From assembly GCA_963749495.1 (NCBI GenBank), contig CAVVMW010000001.1, forward strand, positions 448,001-512,000: a stretch of 64,000 nucleotides of DNA, given 5' to 3'. Shown here piece by piece: positions 60,026 to 64,000 of this stretch (position 1 is the first letter of the stretch; each line of letters begins with the position of its first letter). A program made the position numbers and the translations under genes. The notes under the pieces are model-generated. The model did no database searches. It saw only the letters and a program-made list of their open reading frames with translations, and had not been told where the DNA came from. The stretch comes from an uncultured bacterium. Lineage in GTDB: Bacteria; Verrucomicrobiota; Verrucomicrobiia; Limisphaerales; UBA8199.

Positions 60026-60832
60026 TCACGCCGGGATCGTTCGCATTTCACGGCGGCGCCGGGTGAAGCCGCAGTAATGGGTGTAACCGGCGGAGCGGGC
60101 GAGTTGGACGGCCTGGGCGAAGTGCGAGCCGACTTCCTCGGGGGCATGGGCATCGGACCCGAAGGTGATGGGCACACCGGCCTGGGCAGCCATTTGGAGG
60201 AGCCGGGGGCTGGGATAGATCTCGCGGCAGTCTTTGCGCAGGCCGCCGGTGTTGACTTCGATGGCGGTGCCATGGGCGGCAGCGGCCTGAAGGAAGCGGG
60301 CATAGAGGGGCGCGCTGTCCTGTTTGGGGTAGAAGCAGAATTTCTTGCACAAATCGGCGTGCCCGAGGATGTCGAAGAGCCCCGATTCGGCGGCCTGCGC
60401 GAGCCGCTCGAAATAGAGGCCCCAGACTTCCAGCGGGTCGTGGTCCTTCCAGGAGGACATCTGGGCCGGGTTGTCGATGGCCCAGCCGCCCCGGATGTAG
60501 TGCACCGAGCCGATGAGGTAGTCCCAGGGATGCCGCGCCGCCAGGTCCCGGACCCAATCTTCGCAGCCAGGCAGATAGTCCACCTCCAGGGCGAGCTTGA
60601 TCTCCAGAGCCGGGTGCGCCTGGCGCGCCTCCAGCACCCATTCGACGTAGCGGCCCAATTCGCCGGGATTCATGCGCCAGTCGTCGAAATTGTCCTGCGG
60701 CATCGGGCTGTGATCGGAGAAGCCGATCTCGCGCAGGCCGAGCTTGACCGCCTGGGCGGCGAGCTCGACCGGCCGGCCCACCGCATGGCGGCAGAGCGGG
60801 GTGTGCAGATGGTAATCGGCAGGCCAAGCCAT
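60026..60832 (-). CDS. Histidinol-phosphatase, PHP family (HisJ/HisK type)
   Basis: DYHLHTPLCRHA, GFSDH, DYLIGSVH, EVNTGG and FGSDAHAP. Confidence 0.92.
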   Translation of the reverse strand: MAWPADYHLHTPLCRHAVGRPVELAAQAVKLGLREIGFSDHSPMPQDNFDDWRMNPGELGRYVEWVLEARQAHPALEIKLALEVDYLPGCEDWVRDLAARHPWDYLIGSVHYIRGGWAIDNPAQMSSWKDHDPLEVWGLYFERLAQAAESGLFDILGHADLCKKFCFYPKQDSAPLYARFLQAAAAHGTAIEVNTGGLRKDCREIYPSPRLLQMAAQAGVPITFGSDAHAPEEVGSHFAQAVQLARSAGYTHYCGFTRRRREMRTIPA

Positions 60833-60898
60833 GAGTTACAGTGCTACAGGGACTCAGGGGCGGTCAAGGGGGGTGACTGTAATCGGTCGGTGAAGGTG

Positions 60899-61048
60899 GA
60901 CCCCTCACCCCAACCCTCTCCCCTTCCGAAGGGGAGAGGGAGAAGGGTCGGCAATCCCTTGAACTTCCAGCCGCCTCCGTTTCCTGAGACCGCTACCGAC
61001 AATTCTCCCTCTCCCCTTCGGAAGGGGAGAGGGCCGGGGTGAGGGGTC
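60899..61048. repeat. Palindromic element family B, inverted pair
   Basis: Same arms as 34941-35088. Confidence 0.9.
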
Positions 61049-61086
61049 GGTCCGGGGCATGCGAACCGCGCTCCGCCCTCTGCTGT

Positions 61087-61467
61087 TTATTGAGCGGGCG
61101 GTTGGCTGGCGGCTTGCTTTTCCTTGTTTGCGGCCGCCTGTTTGACCTGCTCGAGGACGTCGCTAACGATCTTCTTCTGGGCGTCGTTGAGGCTGGGGTC
61201 GTCCTTGAGCTTGTCCAGGGCCACCAAGGCATCGACGTAATTTTGGTAACGGATGCCGAAACGGATCTTGGCCAGGACGTTGTTGAGGTTCTGTCCGGAT
61301 GGGGTTTGCCCAACATTGCCAAGGGCCGCCTGGAGCTTTGGCAGGTCGATCTGCACCCCGCCATAGAGCGGGGCCTTTGGCTTTGCCTCCTCTTTCTTGC
61401 ACCCGGCCCCCGCCAGGGCGACCAGGCCGGCCAGTGCGATTCCAAGTAACCACGTGGTTGTTTTCAT
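61087..61467 (-). CDS. Putative lipoprotein
   Basis: Signal peptide ending AGAGC-KKEE. Confidence 0.8.
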   Translation of the reverse strand: MKTTTWLLGIALAGLVALAGAGCKKEEAKPKAPLYGGVQIDLPKLQAALGNVGQTPSGQNLNNVLAKIRFGIRYQNYVDALVALDKLKDDPSLNDAQKKIVSDVLEQVKQAAANKEKQAASQPPAQ

Positions 61468-61551
61468 GCTGTTAGGTTAATCAGGTTGGCATTCTAAACA
61501 AGATCTATCGCCAACGCCCCGAGGGCGCCACGCGACACTACTGCCCCCGGC

Positions 61552-61639
61552 GCGCGGGCTTTAGCCCGCTTTGCGCGCACGCGATCCTTTTGGCGCGCCG
61601 ATTGAACATTGGCCGCCCAAAGCGGGCTAAAGCCCGCGC
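61552..61639. repeat. REP doublet (family G)
   Basis: GCGCGGGCTTTAGCCCGCTTTG ... CAAAGCGGGCTAAAGCCCGCGC. Confidence 0.85.
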
Positions 61640-61706
61640 TCCGACCCGAGGCGGGACAGGGACGCCAGGAGCAAAGTCCGTGACTGTCCGCGCCGCCGCG
61701 TGCCGT

Positions 61707-62684
61707 TCAAGGAACCGCGCCGGTCCTGAGGTTCTTCGTCGCGTGCGAGGCCACAAAATACCAATCGGCGTACTCGAGCCCCGGTTTGGCGGCCTTATTG
61801 TAGGCGCCACCGTTGAGCTTGTAAAAATAGCTCCTCCATTGATGGACCTCGGAGTGACCGTCGCAGAAGGAGAAGCCGCAGCCGTTGGCGTGGAAGGAGG
61901 CCGGGAAATCCACGGCGTTGGGTTCGGAGGCGATGACGGCCAGGGCGGCGTCATTGATGCTCCAGGGGTCCTCGTCCACAGTCGCAAAGACCAGGGCAGA
62001 ACTGCAGAAACCGAAGTCGGAGAATTTGCCGAACGTGGCGTAGGTCTCGCCCGCCACGTGGCTGCCCCCGTTGAGCCAGGGGCCATTAACCGGGACCGAG
62101 GGTTTGCCCGCATGGCCCGCATGCTTGGCGTAAGCCGGGCAGACGCACCCGACACCCTGATTCATCGAGATGCTGCGCGTGACCGGGATGATTGTGCCCA
62201 CCCGGGTGGGATCCTTGCCGGTGTATTTGCCATAGCGCGGGTCGGCGGGGCATTTGAAGATCTTGATATTGTTCCCGATATAGTTGACGACGAGGCACAT
62301 GTTAGGGTCGAGCAGGTGGTCGGGGTCGCAGGCGTCGTTGTTGGGCTGAGTGCCTGGAGGCATGCCTCCGCCACAGTCGCCCGCGGCCCAGTGGTGGCCG
62401 ACCGGCGTGTCGCCGCCGTCATCGGGATTGGGCGGGAGGAGGTCGGTGTTGTCGTTGCCGTACATGTGGATGGCCTTTATGAGTTGGTTCTCATTATTCA
62501 TGCACTGCACCCGCACCGCCTTGAGCTTGGCCTTGGCCAGCGCCGGCAGCAGCATCGACGCCAGGATGGCGATGATGGCGATAACCACCAGCAGTTCGAT
62601 CAGGGTAAAGCCGGCACGCTTGCCCGAGCCGGAGGAGGCCCGGCCAGCCCCTCTCCCGCATAAACGATCCAATATTGTCTTCAT
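61707..62684 (-). CDS. Prepilin-type cleavage/methylation protein with H-X9-DG motif
   Basis: [32 protein letters not shown] and [13 protein letters not shown]. Confidence 0.93.
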   Translation of the reverse strand: MKTILDRLCGRGAGRASSGSGKRAGFTLIELLVVIAIIAILASMLLPALAKAKLKAVRVQCMNNENQLIKAIHMYGNDNTDLLPPNPDDGGDTPVGHHWAAGDCGGGMPPGTQPNNDACDPDHLLDPNMCLVVNYIGNNIKIFKCPADPRYGKYTGKDPTRVGTIIPVTRSISMNQGVGCVCPAYAKHAGHAGKPSVPVNGPWLNGGSHVAGETYATFGKFSDFGFCSSALVFATVDEDPWSINDAALAVIASEPNAVDFPASFHANGCGFSFCDGHSEVHQWRSYFYKLNGGAYNKAAKPGLEYADWYFVASHATKNLRTGAVP

Positions 62685-62919
62685 ACTAGTTAACATGAAC
62701 AGCACTTCTGCGATCAGCCTACGCCTGTTGCCCAACCAGGAATCATGCAGTAAATTTACGATGTCTGGCCCTTCGAGTAAAGACAAATCGCACGTCAGGT
62801 GCAAGACACTTTTTCGCCCTTTTTCGCGCGCAATTCCTGCGCGTCAGGGCAACCCCGGTGAGCAAGTTCTGCGCAGCGGGCCGGTGGCCCGCTGCGTGCA
62901 AAGCTGCTATCGCCGCGTG

Positions 62920-63069
62920 GTCGGACCGGTCAGACTGGTCGGACCGGTCGGACTGAGGTGCGCAGGCCCAATGACCCTTATGAGGCAGGCCGTTGGCCTG
63001 CCACAGGATTAAACTGCACGGAAACCCAGGGCGTTGCCCTGGGCTGGTATGAGCCAGGCCTTTGGCCTG
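62920..63069. repeat. GTCGGACCGGTC doublet plus CCCAGGGC..GCCCTGGG-type repeat
   Basis: 62920-62954 matches the 42244-42277 motif; TATGAG.CAGGCC.TTGGCCTG occurs twice. Confidence 0.7.
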
Positions 63070-63219
63070 AAGGCAACGGCTTGGCGGGCAGGCGCCTGGC
63101 CGGACCGGGTTGGCACGGTTTCTGCGTGGAGTCCGAACGCAGTGTCCCGGCCGCGGCAGCGCGGGCGGAGTCGGCTAACGTACGAACAACCAATCAAACG
63201 CAGCAGGAGACGATATAAG

Positions 63220-63807
63220 ATGAGAACGCAGAACTGGCTGGTCGCGGCGGGAGTAGCCGCCGCGGTGTGTCTGGCCGCCGGCGACGGCATGGCTCAACAG
63301 AACTTTGGGGGCGGTGGCGGGGGCGGGCGGGGGCGCCGTGGGAATTTCGACCCCGCCCAGATGATGCAGCAGCGGCTGGAGGGCTATAAGGAGGCCCTGG
63401 AGGTCAACAACGATGACGAATGGAAGGTGCTGCAGCCGCTGGTCCAGAAGGTGATGGAGGCCCAGATGCAGGCCATGGCCGGCATGGGGCGAGGCATGTT
63501 CGGGCCGCGGCGCGGTGGCCCGGGCGGTGGCGGCCCCGGCGGCGGCGGCGGGTTTGGTGGTGGTGGCGGCGGCGGCGGGATGCAGCGCGGCCCCTTCGGC
63601 CAGCCCGACCCCGAAGCCGATGCGCTCCAGAAAGTCATCGATGCCAAGGCCCCCGCGGCGGACGTCAAAGCGGCGCTTGCCAAGTATGTTGCCTCCCGCA
63701 AGGCCAGGCAGGAGCAACTCCGGGCCGCCCAGGAGCAACTGCGCAAGCTGCTCACGGCGCGCCAGGAAGCCATCGCGACCATGAATGGGCTGATCACGCC
63801 GTTCTAA
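63220..63807 (+). CDS. Exported glycine-rich helical protein
   Basis: Signal peptide; GGGG/RGG tracts; LLTARQEA resembles an LTxxQ motif. Confidence 0.8.
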   Translation: MRTQNWLVAAGVAAAVCLAAGDGMAQQNFGGGGGGGRGRRGNFDPAQMMQQRLEGYKEALEVNNDDEWKVLQPLVQKVMEAQMQAMAGMGRGMFGPRRGGPGGGGPGGGGGFGGGGGGGGMQRGPFGQPDPEADALQKVIDAKAPAADVKAALAKYVASRKARQEQLRAAQEQLRKLLTARQEAIATMNGLITPF

Positions 63808-63810
63808 ACC

Positions 63811-63855
63811 GACCCCTCACCCCGGCCCTCTCCCCATCGGATGGGGAGAGGGAGA
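63811..63855. repeat. Palindromic element family B, single unit
   Basis: GACCCCTCACCCCGGCCCTCTCCCCATCGGATGGGGAGAGGG right after the stop codon. Confidence 0.85.
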
Positions 63856-63915
63856 TTCTCCGCGCAGTTAATCTCATCTTAAGGTGAAATGCAATAACAT
63901 GGATTCCTATGACAT

Positions 63916-63976
63916 GGGGTCACATCTCAACATTTGACATTTCTCGGAGAAATGTCAAATGTTGAGATGTGACCCC
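63916..63976. repeat. Perfect 30-bp-arm palindrome related to the miniature Y1 element ends
   Basis: GGGGTCACATCTCAACATTTGACATTTCTC-G-GAGAAATGTCAAATGTTGAGATGTGACCCC. Confidence 0.95.
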
Positions 63977-64000
63977 TCCCCCAAAGATATTATGAGCGAA

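Overview
GC-rich bacterial chromosome segment, most consistent with a PVC-superphylum organism, probably Verrucomicrobiota (inferred from two prepilin/DUF1559 H-X9-DG proteins and many palindromic repeat families). The core genes are coaD-yceD-rpmF-plsX-fabH, trpC, prfB (with its programmed +1 frameshift), amrS-amrB, a PHP histidinol phosphatase, an RND-MFP-TolC efflux operon and a ~15 kb surface-polysaccharide acylation/methylation cluster. There are four accessory zones. (i) 1.4-10.8 kb holds decaying gene fragments, an AT-rich block of orphan ORFs and a two-ORF DDE transposon whose ORFs join by a -1 frameshift at an A8 run. (ii) A ~5.6 kb island (35.7-41.3 kb) is bracketed by 50-bp imperfect direct repeats. 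It holds an integron-type GNAT cassette, two copies of a 190-bp miniature Y1/RAYT-derived element with stuttered arrays of its own ends, a duplicated RelE/ParE toxin-antitoxin module, and an IS66 element (16-bp TIRs, 8-bp TSD, empty site also present) carrying a DUF4338/DruA-like gene. (iii) TA modules and remnants lie at 46-49.6 kb. (iv) An orphan 1296-aa Type IIG-like restriction-modification gene lies at 55.7-59.6 kb. About ten palindromic/REP-like repeat families occur, and one sits in frame in the N-termini of two adjacent efflux genes. Eight genes, including coaD, carry apparent small frameshifts, which suggests sequencing/assembly indels. No rRNA, tRNA or CRISPR array was recognised. 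All family calls come from motif recognition by eye; no database search was run.
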